In this document: positions 37,904 through 50,174 of the stretch, piece after piece
Position numbering within the stretch: the first letter of the stretch is position 1
Layout of the letters: each line of letters starts with the position of its first letter
Origin: Macrostomum lignano
Lineage: Eukaryota
DNA: 64,000 nucleotides
NCBI GenBank assembly: GCA_002269645.1
Contig: NIVC01000387.1
Span: forward strand, 62,001-126,000
Direction: 5' to 3'
The notes under the pieces: generated by a model
What the model was told of the DNA's origin: nothing
Seen by the model: only the letters and a program-made list of their open reading frames with translations
The model's database searches: none
Position numbers and translations under genes: made by a program

Positions 37904-40900
37904 TCACATGAGGCTGCAGACGCCAGATGAAGCTCTGTTGCTTTTCCGGCGTATTTCGTCCAGGTCGTTGCGTCTGGCCCGCCGCTTGTTGCCCTCCACG
38001 TAGAAGGTGTGGCGGAACCGGCCGTAGGCCAGCGGAAGGCTGCGATGAGGAGGGAAGGCGTAGCGGTGAAGACAGCGGCTGATAGCCTGAATGCAGCGAT
38101 GTCTATTGAATGCATTTCCAAGATGGGTGGGATTAATGAAGGTTAAGGTGGAGGAAGCTCACCCACTGAAGGATCGGGCTGCGGGTAGCTCACCCACTGA
38201 AGGATCGGGCTGCGGGTAGCTCACCCACTGAAGGTTCGGGCTGCGGGAAGCTCACCCACTGAAGGTTCGGGCTGCGGGAAGCTCACCCACTGAAGGATCG
38301 GGCTGCGGGAAGCTCACCCACTGAAGGATCGGGCTGCGGGAAGCTCACCCACTGAAGGATCGGGCTGCGGGAAGCTCACCAACTGAAGGATCGGGCTGCG
38401 GGAAGCTCACCCACTGAAGGATCGGGTTGCGGGAAGCTCACCCACTGAAGGATCGGGCTGCGGGAAGCTCACCCACTGAAGGATCGGGCTGTGGGTAGCT
38501 CACCTACTGAAGGATCGGGCTGCGGGAAGCTCACCCACTGAAGGATCGGGCTGCGGGAAGCTCACCCACTGAAGGATCGGGCTGCGGGTAACTCACCCAC
38601 TGAAGGATCGGGCTGTGGGTAGCTCACCCACTGAAGGATCGGGCTGCGGCAAGCTCATCTTTGGTTGCTTTAAAAGCTTGACAAGCATAGCAAAATAGCT
38701 GCCTTATCTTTAGTCTTTCAATTTAAGGAAATAAAAAATTGAAAATGGCGTTCGCTAATAATGGCCACTTTGTTAGTCTTGATCGGCATGATTCAAAGTT
38801 CAGGGAATACTAGCACAATCAGAAGCATGCAGGCTACCCGACAAGTCCATTAGAGACGATGTCGCAGCGAATCCATTGGATTGCAACATTTTTATTCTAG
38901 AATGAACCCAAACTTTTATTTATACGATTTCATCTGCAAATCAAGATGGATAATTAATAATCCACACTACCATCTGATAAGATTTAGATTTGGCTATCGA
39001 CTCCAAAGCGACCGTCACTCACCGAGCAGGGACCAGCGCAGCGAGGTGTCTGCTATGAGCTCGGTTGGAATGGGGAAAAAGGATAAAGAACAAAGGATAA
39101 GGATTTGTTTTATGGCAGTTTAGACAGACAGTTGTAGCCTAGTGGTTAGAGCGTCGGACTCACGACTGAAAAGTCGGGGGTTCGAGTCTCGAACCACGCG
39201 GAACAATTTGTGTTGACACTTAACTCTGCATTGCTTCAGTTCGGCCAGCTGTAAAATGTGTGCCTGCATTGGCTCATTTTGGAAAGAAATTTAGGGAAAA
39301 ATTTTCACAATTTTTTTGCATTCTTCCCGTCTACTCAAGATGTCGTCCTAGGGTGGTTGAGACGTCAAGAACTAATAGTTAGTTAATCCAGGGCCATAAA
39401 ATTGAAACACAGCCAGCGATGTCTCACTTGTCGGAGCCGGGCCGGATCTGCAGGCTGATGACGGCGTACACCGCCCGGTGATCGGAGCAGCGCAGCTCGG
39501 GTACGCTATTGTACGCGGTCACCGTGGCGCTGCCGGGCTTGCGACAGCGATAGAGGACCCGGTCCTGGACGGGCGGACAGTCAGGCAGGTGCGCAGGTGA
39601 GTGCATAATTTTTTGTAGCTGTGTAAATCAGCTGCGCGATTTTATGACCCCGTTTGATGGCGGAGTGAAAAAATCGCCCTTAGTTTTTGAAATACTTGAA
39701 TAAATCAAATGCTTTCTGTTATATGCTTCTTGTGATGTAAATTAGCCGCGCTGGTTATGACAGAATGGATGCTAAAATTTACATGTTGGTCGCCGATGTC
39801 ACAAAAGTACTTTGATGCGGTGCAAAGCTCCTGCATGTACACGTGTGCGAAACGGATGTACGCCGATAGTTGAATAGAACTTCGGTGTTCTTTAGAGACG
39901 TGTGTGTTCATGGGGGCGATCCTGACTCAGTGGTTAGGACCCGTTGACAACAAGTAAGAACTCAGAATCCGGTCATGAGGCCGATCGCGAGTTTTGGACA
40001 CAGTTGTAGAAGCTCACCGTGGTTACCTGTCTGGGAGTCGTTCCCGGATCACCTGCGTGAAACCTGGGATTCTCACCGCTAGATCACAACTCACAGTCAC
40101 TTTCGATTTCGAACCAAGGCTGCAATTATGTGATGGTGAAAACTCCGCAGTTTCCCTCAATTTTAGCCTCAATCCCGCCACGGTAAATCCTCCAACTCAT
40201 CTACATTTTATTTGTGGCTCTTGCGTAGGTAAACTTTGCACCAATGCAATTTTAGTGCTGCTTTGACAAAGAAAGTACTTCCATGACAATAAATAGTACT
40301 TTGTGCATCGTCTCAAGAGCCTACCGTGTAGCTGGGCACCCGCTGCTTGCCCGAGGTGTCGTAATTGTCCGTGTCGATGTCGAACTTGTAGGTAGGCGGG
40401 AAGCGGATGTCGCCCTCTAGGAAGTGCTCGAACACGCGACCCTCGGCCTGCGCCATTTTGAGTTCGTCGACGGCTGTCAGCCGGTCGGAGAAGTTTTCGC
40501 CCTGCAGCAGGCGGTCAACGCGTAGCCGGCTGGACTCGCCGACGCGTAGGCGGAAGTTCAAATCGCCGGCCCAGAACACGTAGTCGAATCGCTCTGTGAC
40601 GTCATCGCCTGGCGGATATTGGAAAGACAGATATGGAATGTTATTCGCGACTGATGGCGGTAGACATGACATCAGGGTGGCTGCACAAAAGTCGAAACCT
40701 CTGCTAAATTGGGGCAAAAGTTCATCAGCCACAGGGTCTCGGTATGGCTTCAAAGCTGAACGTCGGCGCTAGAATGCCGAGATGAACAGACGAGCTGCTG
40801 ACAACGATGACGCTCCGTCACCAGTTTTGACATCAGAAACACGGGCCCTTCTTAAGTCCCATCTTACTGGCTCAATAAATAGGCCCTCATAGTATGAAAA

Positions 40901-43077
40901 TACAGGTAGGCCTTACTCTGATACATCGGTTTGGTGAAGCGCGGCAGGTCAACTTTGCGCACAATTTTCTTGTAATCTTCAATCCGGGCCTCAAAGTTGC
41001 CGTCGTCGGCTGAAAGAAAGATAGTTGAGAGTCGGTCAGGAAGGGTTGAAGGTAAATTGACAGTCGCAGCGCCGCTACTCACATTTGAAGTGGCAGCTTA
41101 GGAAAAGCATTGAGGAGCCGAACAGGGTGAAGCAGACAGCGGCGCAGCCCTTGGTGTACACAGCGGCCCTGGTCTGCACCGCGCAAGTGTCGGGCACTGC
41201 AAGAAGACAACGGGTGTGAATTTTCTGATCATTGTTAGATTGCATCGGTTCTGGATTCCAATGCCTTAAAAATCCATATATCTATATCTATTCATCCAAT
41301 TCTATCGTAAAGCCCTCATAGGTTTTAATTGAGCCACTCTCGAGTTTCGACACTGACCAGACTACTAAAAGTAGCTTTGAAACAAAGCAGACAGTGACTT
41401 ACGAGACACGAACCAGACAAGATCGCGTCGGATGAACACAGCGCAGAGAAGGGATTTGTAGTGGCAAAACTCGAACAGCACGTGCGTTGGCCCGATAGTT
41501 GCCTGGCAACGGATAAGAAGCTCTTCTCTGTGGGTGGCGGAGAAGAGGCGGGAGGAGGCTGTGAGAGACTGAGATGGTGCGAGTGCGACTGCAAAGCAGG
41601 TAAGGACAGGCGGTTCGCTCACACATCGGAGCAGACTTCCTGCACGCTGAGCGAGTAGATGTCGGGCACGTGCTCCTGATCCGGCGGGAAGAACAGGGGA
41701 TCCAGGTACTCTGGAAAGGCCTGGAGGGGAAGGGGAGGAGGCGCTTTCAAGGCTAGAAAAAGCAAAGCGAAGGAGAGAGCGGGGAGGAGGTGATCAGCAA
41801 AGCCCAGCGTGCAGCGGGACACCTGAGCCACTGCCGCTCGTGAGGCTTTCAGTTCAGGTCGTGCAAGTGAGCTGAGCATTGATCAGGTGGCTTTAATTAA
41901 CAAGACGACTCAAGTCCGGTTCAAAGCTGCCTATTAGTTCAGAGCTGGGAGGTTTTTACAGCAATGATAACCTATGCTCAGCCTGAGCAGTGCTGGATCT
42001 ACGCAGCACTGTCTCTCTTTTCAAGATAGGAAGACATTCGAACACAGGCGATCAAAACAGGCTGCCTTGTGTTTGAGAACTAAGGAAACTAAACCTTGTC
42101 AACACAAGATATGTGGCTATTAGAGCAAGTCTGCTAATGACACTGGGACTCGGGGCAGCACGAGGTTTGGATCTACTTTGTAAGGCCGAGAAAAATAAAT
42201 TTCTGCAGAGAGTCTTGAGATTATCTGGCTGATTGATGAAGTGAAAGATCGGAATGGGAAGTCTTAGATGAAGGCATGGCTCTGCCAGTTGAATCTCGCA
42301 GTGCTGCTTTAATTAAGGCATAACTTTCGGGATGCAAACTGTTGAAAACAGCTGTGTTACATTTTCAGAAAATGATATGGAAGGGGCAGCCAAGACCCAG
42401 ACACCAACCTGCGGCGTGGCTTCGCCCATATTCCAGGTCACGGACATGAGCTCGAGTCGCCGGTCGGGCACTAACTGGTCGAGCTGATCAGCGCCAAGGA
42501 GGCCGCCGGCGGCCACGGAGCCGTGCAGCAGCGGCTGCCGCCGTGCATCCCCGACGGGGATCCGGCGCAGCGCCGAGGAGCCGCCGCCTGTGCTGGAGGC
42601 CACGCTGGCTGAGGTGCTGGCGGCGTCGCCGGAGGCGGTGGCTCCGAGTGACAGTGCGGAGGAGTCGAAACGACGCTCGAGTTTCCGGTCAAGACGGCCG
42701 AGCCGCTTGGAGTGGCCCCGGTCCCATTCGTTGAGCCGCTCGAGCTCCTGGGTGCTGTGACTCCGGTGCAGGTCAGGCGGTGGGGAGGACTTCACTGAAA
42801 AGTCAGCGGCTACTGAAAGCGACGCATCGCCGTTCGTATCGCCGTTCTGCCGAGCTCGGCGACTGTCTCGCTGAGGCGGCGGCGACGACTGCAATGGTGG
42901 CGATGGACGCTGCGGTGACTCGGACATTTCTTGACGCTCACGCGGGGAATCGAGATCAGGGTTCGAGGTGCTGGGCGAGAGTAGGCCGCGCCTCTGCGCC
43001 AGGCGGCTTAGCCCTCCGCGTCGCTTCCTCGCACTACTGCCGCCACCGTCACCGCCGCTGTCGTTGCCATCGAGGGC
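37904..43077 (-). CDS. INPP5E: Inositol polyphosphate 5-phosphatase E (ciliary 5-phosphatase) with C-terminal CaaX
   Basis: Exons 42409-43077, 41623-41720, 41403-41527, 41083-41196, 40917-41009, 40325-40608, 39428-39564, 37904-38039, all phase-consistent. Motifs: VTWNM, FIRRDLVWF, FWAGDLNFR, PPTYKFD, PSYTDRVLY, SDHRAVY, C-terminus CSLM. Start codon not located. Confidence 0.92.
38157..38656. repeat. 31-bp minisatellite (GCTCACCCACTGAAGGATCGGGCTGCGGGAA), ~16 copies, last INPP5E intron
   Basis: Direct reading. Confidence 0.96.
39127..39386 (+). mobile_element. tRNA-headed SINE with CORE-like central domain
   Basis: Pol III A box TAGCCTAGTGG (39135-39145) and B box GGTTCGAGTCT (39179-39189) without a proper cloverleaf, followed by CACTTAACTCTGCATTGCTTCAGTTCGGCCAGCTGTAAAATG, which resembles the CORE-SINE domain. 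Confidence 0.75.
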
Positions 43078-44538
43078 CTGATAGTCGGCCAGAAGAAAAC
43101 AAATAAAGCGCTTTAAAAAAATCAAATGTTATGGTAATGCTATATATATCTAATATCTACATTATTTTCGAAGTTTTTTAAAGAAAGCACGTTTCGTATA
43201 ATATAATCTCTTCCGCTAAGTAATGAGTCATTTTTAGCAGTCTAAAAAATTCCATGCTTTATATTATTCTAATTTCTTTCCTCGTGTTGTGAAGTGGTCC
43301 TTGTGAAAAATCTAATAAGAATACAAAGCAGCCGCGTCAGATTTTGTTTTGCTTATTGCACTTAATGCAAAGCCAGCCTATTGTTGTTGTCTACAATTTG
43401 TCTTCAACAGCCTATTGTTGGTGTCTATTAGAAACAGCACATAAAACCATTGTACATGTAATTTGTTAAAATTATGATAATTTGCACATTGAGTATTATG
43501 AAAGAGTGTAGGTGAGCTGAAGAAATAGGTAAATAGTGTGACTTAAACTGCTTACATATTAAACTCATTAAATACGAGCTAGATTTCTCCACTAAATGGG
43601 AAATCTTGATTTGGTTTTCATTCAGTTGATGTCTATTTATTCTAGTGTATGACATGTGATTTTTTTAGAATTTTAATTTTTATCTACTATAGTTTAATAC
43701 TAAAGGGACAAGGCTTTCATGACTTCCATGAAATTTTGATGAAAACGTGATGCCTCATGGGATTTGGGAGACTGGTCAAAAGTATAAAAACACAAAAAAT
43801 GCATGTATTGGTAGTTCTGAAAAAAACATCGATACGCTGAGGAAATTTACAAGGTAAGAAATAGTAGTTAATCGAACTGAGAGTGTTCGATAAAAATAAT
43901 TGCTAAATACTCTTTAAGAAAAAAACACCTCTTAAACAGTTTTACAAATCTAAACTATACCGCGGTTTGTGTGCATCTAATCTAAGTATCTTATAACTAA
44001 AATCAAAAGCAGCTACAGTTCAAATATTTTAATTTAAATAACCAATCAATAATCGGGGCCAACCTCCTCTGGCCTATAATAAACTACGAAAAGTCTGTTA
44101 TACTGTTGATTAGAAGAAGCAGAGCACTATATTTCGGTAAAAATGCATATTGTCCGAAGTTAAAATTGTTTAGAGTCTAATGAAAGCAAAAATAAACTGT
44201 GTTGGTTAAAAATATTGATAAATATTGAATAAACAGTTTTTAAATTTATTTCTTTGACATTTAAAGAAAAGATTAACTCTCTTTGCGCTAGTAAAATGTT
44301 TTCTTTGTTATTTTAATTAGACTTTTAATGCCGTATACAACCCCAGGGACATTGCACTTACAGCGTGTATGTACGTCGGCCGCAGCTACACAGCAGCCTG
44401 AATTCTACTTGATTGAGTTCACTTTCACTATGCCCTCTACTACATGTAATGCTAATTTTAGTCAGCAACGTGTATCTATGTAATGTAGTTAATCACAAGG
44501 CCTAAAAAGATTTTATAAGCAAAATCAGTAATTTCTAG

Positions 44539-44650
44539 GGTTATCCTGAAGATTCCCGCGTTTAATTATAACCCCCACCCCCCACCACCCTTGAATATAG
44601 GGCGAAATAATTCCGTAAAATAATTAAACGCGGGAATTTTCAGGATTGCC
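44539..44650. mobile_element. 112-bp MITE with 31-bp TIRs and 8-bp target-site duplication ATTTCTAG
   Basis: Left end GGTTATCCTGAAGATTCCCGCGTTTAATTAT; reverse complement of right end GGCAATCCTGAAAATTCCCGCGTTTAATTAT (3 mismatches). ATTTCTAG at 44531-44538 and 44651-44658. Confidence 0.8.
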
Positions 44651-45924
44651 ATTTCTAGGCCTGCTCAACAGATAGATGCCTAGTTGGCAATGCCAGTGGG
44701 CATATATTAATATACTAATAGGCCTACCTTCTTGTACCTTTTTGTACCTACCTTACCTTACCTTCTACCTTTATTTTGCTAGCTAGACATAGGCCTAGTC
44801 AATATGCTCTTGTTTTGGTCTATTATATTTCAATTAATTTATTCTTGCTTTTTGTATTTAATGTCCACTTATATAAGTTATAATTATATCTTGAGCAAGA
44901 GAAGTTAAAAATGTGTAAGCCTATGGCTATAATTAATGCAATTAATTATAAGCCATGACTTTATAAGTTAGGCCCCTACTTGAATTCAATGACAATCAAA
45001 TTAAAATTTTAGTTAAGTTTTCTTTGTAAAATTTGCTTATTAGGCCTAATTACTATTATAAATAACTATATTTAAGTGGGTAGGTAGGTAGGCAGGCATG
45101 GGCAGCCAGAAAGACTATCCCTTCCCTTTATGGCTACTTGGCTGGCAATTATGCCAATGTCAATGATAGGGCTAGATAGGCCTACCCCTTTTCCTTTGGG
45201 TTAATAGTCCCATCCCATGGTCCTACATATTATTATTATTATCAATTTTCTAAACTATAATACTTTGAATCTATAGACAATGATTAAATCCAAAACAGAA
45301 AAAAGAAAAGTGCTAAAAGTTGCTTAGCGAACTTAAAAAGGCCTAAGCTTAGGTCTTTATCAAAAAATGTTTGCCCTCTATTTGTTTAGGCCTAGTATAG
45401 TACCTATGCATATGTAATCCCCCTGATTTACATTGGCTGTGCAACTTACTTTTTGACCAAAAATGCAACTTACTTATGAAAGAAACCCTTAAACAAAATT
45501 AACACAATTTTGGATAAATAGTAAGAGTAGCTGATTGTTTTATTAAGGCTAAATGGCTTATTATCTAATTTGTAGGCTTACTATATCTGTATTTAGGGTG
45601 GCCATTTTCGCAACTTATCTCATTTCCTAGTTAACCATAATTTATAGTGGCCAGATTGGCCAGGTTAGCCAACAGTTGTGCATATATGATAGTACCTTTC
45701 TAATATAATAATATTTATAGTGTTCTTCTAGTTTATTTTAGTATCTAGTATATATTATAGGGCCCTCCAATGTATAATATAGTTATAATGCCCCTACTCT
45801 TATGGTTAAGATTTATCCCCTTATTTTGTGCCAATGGAAAAATAAAAAAGGGTAGATAAATAATAAATGTAATATAATGTTTGTGATATAAAAAATATAA
45901 ATGGGATATATTTCTAGAGTAAAG

Positions 45925-46050
45925 GGATTGGTGGTTTGATTCCTAATTCCACTGAAGCAAATTGTATCCTTGAGCAAGACATTTAAGTTTGCATTGCTTT
46001 ATTTATCAGTTCACCTAGCTGTAGAATAGAATGGGTGCCAGCATTAGCTA
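45925..46050 (+). mobile_element. Degenerate CORE-SINE-like relic
   Basis: GTATCCTTGAGCAAGACATTTAA...TGCATTGC...CAGTTCACCTAGCTGTA...AATGGGTGCC resembles the CORE domain and the copy at 39.2 kb. Confidence 0.55.
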
Positions 46051-46508
46051 AGGTAATTGAGAATGTGTGGCAACCCTCAGTCCTTTGACTGAGCAGCCAA
46101 ATGCAGTCTTCAGATGCATTGTGCAATAGCTGTATACCTGAGCTGTTTGTTGCACATTTGCCCATTAAGGCAAGTGTAATCAATTATTGTTATTATTATA
46201 GTATCTCTGCACTTGTTTTAGTAGAAAAAGTCAATAGAATAGGTAGAATTGCCTAAGTGGTGGTTGTAGAACAATGTTGCCAAATACATTGATTGCACCA
46301 GGGTGCCTACAACTCTCTTGCTATTATTAGTATATTTTTATCATCCTGGTCATGTGTGATTTTCTATACTTTTATTGCTAACATTTCAAGTACCAAGTAT
46401 ATGTACCTATAGAGGGTAATTAGGCTGCTGCAGCCTGGCTATTTTTGTATTTGCAGCCAAACAGCACAACAGAAACTGCTCTGATTTTTAAAGTTGCAAT
46501 AACTTCAG

Positions 46509-47422
46509 GACTCGAGCCTGGACCCGCAGTCGCCTGGTGGAGAGAACCGCCCTGTGGGCCAGCACTCCCCCATCCGTGACCAGGACCGCTTCCTGCCCAT
46601 CGCCAACATATCGAAGATCATGAAGCGGACCATCCCGGAGACTGGCAAGATCACCAAGGAGGCCAAAGAGTGCGTGCAGGAGTGCGTCTCCGAGTTCATC
46701 TCCTTCATCACCTCGGAGGCCTCCGACCGGTGCCAGGATGACAAGCGCAAGACTATGAACGGGGAGGACATCCTCACCGCTATGCAGGTGCGGCTGCGGA
46801 TTTCACTGTGTTGGCTGTGCCGTCTTTTAAACGCTGCAGTCCATATCAGGGCTTTGGAATCTGGGAACTTGGAACACTCGACAGACGCGACCCTTCGTAG
46901 GTTCGGGCTTTGTTTCACAGAAGAGAGGCCTGACTAGCCAGCAGCATCCGTCCCGTAGCAACAAAAGTTTCTGATTTCCGGTCTTCAGTTTAAAGCAGCC
47001 ACTTTCGATCTATTTAGGGATCGAGTCTGCATTGATTTCTTGAGCATCATCAGCTCAACCTGCTGCAACAAGATTTGCTCAAAATTCTTTTATTACTACT
47101 AGTTAGCATTTAGCAAGCATATATCGATTTTATCCATGCACTTCAGGCCGTGGGCCTTGACAACTACATTGAGCCGCTGAAGCTCTACCTGCTGAAATAC
47201 CGCGAGGCCAACAAGCTGGAAGCGGCCAATGAGAGAGCTGGCAGCGCTGGCGCTTCCGCCTCGGCTTCCGGTTGCGTCAATCAGGACACGCCGTCCGCTG
47301 CCAGCTCTGCTGACGCCAGCGGTGCTGCTCTTCCGCCTTCCGTTGTTTCGGCGCCGACTGCCGTGACGCTGGCCGGCCTGGAGAATAGCAACGGCCAGGT
47401 GGTGTACCGGGTGATCATGTGA
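46509..47422 (+). CDS. NFYB: Nuclear transcription factor Y subunit beta (histone fold)
   Basis: Exons 46509-46787 ([17 protein letters not shown]...[18 protein letters not shown]...[10 protein letters not shown]) and 47147-47422 ([13 protein letters not shown]), phase-0 join. No ATG upstream of the histone fold in these exons. Confidence 0.93.
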
Positions 47423-47746
47423 CCCTGTTGCCAGGTGGTTGCCGGGTGATCATGTGACCCTGCTGCCAGGTGGTTGCCGGGTGATCATGTGACCCTGCTG
47501 CCAGGTGGTGTACCGGGTGATCATGTGACCCTGTTGCCAGGTGGTTGCCGGGTGATCATGTGACCCTGCTGCCAGGTGGTTGCCGGGTGATCATGTGACC
47601 CTGCTGCCAGGTGGTTGCCGGGTGATCATGTGACCCTGTTGCCAGGTGGTTGCCGGGTGATCATGTGACCCTGCTGCCAGGTGGTTGCCGGGTGATCATG
47701 TGACCCTGTTGCCAGGTGGTTGCCGTGATCATGAGACCCTGTTGCC
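47394..47746. repeat. 35/36-bp minisatellite (CCAGGTGGTTGCCGGGTGATCATGTGACCCTGCTG), ~10 copies, first unit overlapping the NF-YB stop codon
   Basis: Direct reading. Confidence 0.95.
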
Positions 47747-48350
47747 CGTTTAATTCTATGCTTATTCTATTGTTTATATTCCCCCATCAAACCTGTTATG
47801 GACAGGGTTGTTTGTACCTGTTATTTATTGTTTTAATCTAATTTGTTATGTCAATAATTTATTATTTGCGTGGTCTGCCAATGTCCAATTGTTTCATACT
47901 GTTTTGTTTTTTCTACAAGCAGCTGTTTCTTTTTTATGGCGCATTTAACCGCTTAACCAAATTTTGTAGTCTGCTAAGTCAAATTATTTATGCATTTTTT
48001 CGGTTCTTAATAACTCTTTACAGTGGCTCAGCTTGCAACTCTTAATAGTTGTATTTGTGCGAAATAAACGACACGAAAATTCAAAATCTACTGTTTGTGT
48101 TCTACTATTAGTAGTTCGATATTATAAGAAACATTTATTCCAGCTGAGAATCTTGTCCCAGTTATTTTTATAATTAATCATTCGAGAAGTTTTGCACTAG
48201 AACCGTAACTGTTTTATAATATTAATGTGTTATGTTTGATGCGCTTTCTTATCACTAATAAGCATTCAATAATGTTGTAAATCGCTGATTACATTTGATT
48301 GCACTATTAAACACTGAAGATGCTTCATTTAAAGTTCGAAAGTTTTTTGT

Positions 48351-50067
48351 TCACAGCTCAGTCCGCTTCACGTCGTCTGTGCTGTCCAGCTCGCTCGGCT
48401 TCAGCTCGTAGCGCTCCTTGATGCCGACCACGCCGCAGTCCTCGATCATGATGCGCTTGCGCGGCACCGCCGTGTCTGGGTCGGAGGGCACTTCGCCGAC
48501 TGTCTTGACCACGTCCTGGTTTGGTTAGGTGGGAAAAGATGGCTGTTTAGTTCGGTTGAACTTGTTACTAAACCGATAATTGCTTGGAATCAACAGATTA
48601 AGCACTAAGCTTTCTGGACCCATTTCCTTTTGAATGCGTCTCTCTGAGCAAATCAAGAGACGCAGTCTTGAAATTTGCCCCGAAGGTCAAAGCCCGTTGA
48701 AAACGCTACCATGACAAGAATCTCAAAGGAGTCATTGCAGACAACTCACTAGTGACTCTATAGTGACTTTTTAACGACTGCAATGCGACGGAGAGGCGAC
48801 TGCAGTTTGCAGCTTGCAGTTTCGTCGTTTTAGAGTCGTAGTCGTCTAGAATGAGTTCCTATTTCACACGTTTTACCTGCAACGACTCTGAAAGATGGCT
48901 CTGGGACGCTTTTTGTCCTAGTAGGTTCCGTTTTCATGGAGAAGTGCTCTATTTGTGCATTGCAGCGGCAGTCTTCCGGAAGCCAATTTTTGCAATTGAG
49001 CGAGAGGACACCAAAAACAAAGAAACGTCTTAAATCATGGATTTTTCGAGTTCGATTCCGCTGAATGTGAAAGGAGTTAAACGGAGCCGAGATGTTCAAC
49101 ATCTGCTCGTCTGACTTGAAAATCCGACTAATACGAGGTCGAGACCCCGGGGCTTAAAATTCTTATAATCCTTAAGAAAAGAAACCTTAAACGATCTGGT
49201 TTGCTCTGGTGTCTTCAGTGCCCCAATTCTTCCAGATGCACTTACGAATCCCTTGATGACCTTGCCGAACACGACGTGCTTATTGTCCAGCCAGCGGGCC
49301 TTGGTGAGCAGGATGTAGAACTGGGAACCGTTGGTGTCCGGGCCGTGGTTGGCCATGGCGATCCAGCCGGGCGACCGGTGGGACAGGATGAAGGGCTCGT
49401 CGTTGAATCGCGGACCGTAGATGCTGGTGCCGCCGGTGCCGTCCCCGGTGGTGATGTCGCCCATCTGGACGACGAAGTCGGGCACCACGCGGTGCACTGG
49501 CGTGTTCTTGTAGTGCAGATTCTCGCCGCGGAACTTGTAGCCCCGGGCAAGCGACACGAAGTTCATTGTGGTCATCGGCGCGGCCTCGCCGAATACGGCT
49601 ACGGTGAACCTTCGGGTGCACGGCAAAGGTCAAATTTATTTATTCTTATGCTTATGAGCAGCGTGTTGCAGTGAAAGGGACTTCTAAACTGAAGTAGCTC
49701 GTACGCATCACACGGAAACATTCGTCTCCAGAAGTCCAGTTCTCTTAGCGAGAATTGTGATTACGCTTTGTAGCTTCTAGAGAGGAAAGACTTCTGAGGA
49801 ACTCCTTTTCTAAACGGCAGCGAATCCTAACTGAAAGTCCCATAATTTGGAAAGCGATAAATATTTAGAAGTCCTTTCTCGAATTTCTAATTTAACCTGG
49901 GGTACTCACTTTCCAGTGAAGTCTTCGCCGGGGCCGTCCATGTCCTTGACGCGGACCTCGAACCAGACCTCCTCGGTGACCGTGTAGTTTGAATTCATCG
50001 CACTGGCCTGCGAGGCCGCCCACAGGCAGGCGCAGCAGAAGACAGATAGGGCTAGCTGCAGTTTCAT
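48351..50067 (-). CDS. PPIB: Secretory-pathway cyclophilin (PPIB/PPIC-like peptidyl-prolyl isomerase)
   Basis: Exons 49910-50067 (hydrophobic signal peptide MKLQLALSVFCCACLWAASQASA), 49246-49609 (HRVVPDFVVQMGD, MANHGPDTNGSQF, WLDNKHVVFGKV), 48351-48515. Ends in RTEL, a KDEL-like ER retrieval signal. Phases consistent. Confidence 0.93.
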
Positions 50068-50174
50068 TGCGACTGTAGATTCCAGGAAATAGTTGAAGGA
50101 AATGCAACTGACTGAGCAAAGTTGAGCTCCTGGTTGGATTGAAGTGAGCCTCGGCTCGGCTTCGGACTGCTTCC

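Noticed and set aside
39127-39200. tRNA gene
   Set aside because: A and B boxes are present but the acceptor and anticodon stems do not pair, and a CORE-like domain follows, so it was called a SINE.
39912-39945. Second Pol III A-box-like motif (TGACTCAGTGGTTAG)
   Set aside because: No B box or recognisable RNA structure downstream.
43750-43853. Short + strand ORF with a strong donor (AAG|GTAAGA) as a possible NF-YB first exon
   Set aside because: It ends in phase 2 whereas the NF-YB acceptor needs phase 0, and it has no homology support.
48740-48860. GACTC/GAGTC-rich motif clusters, also near 16770-16830 and 63470-63600
   Set aside because: Similarity is too patchy to define element boundaries by eye; a self-BLAST would be needed.
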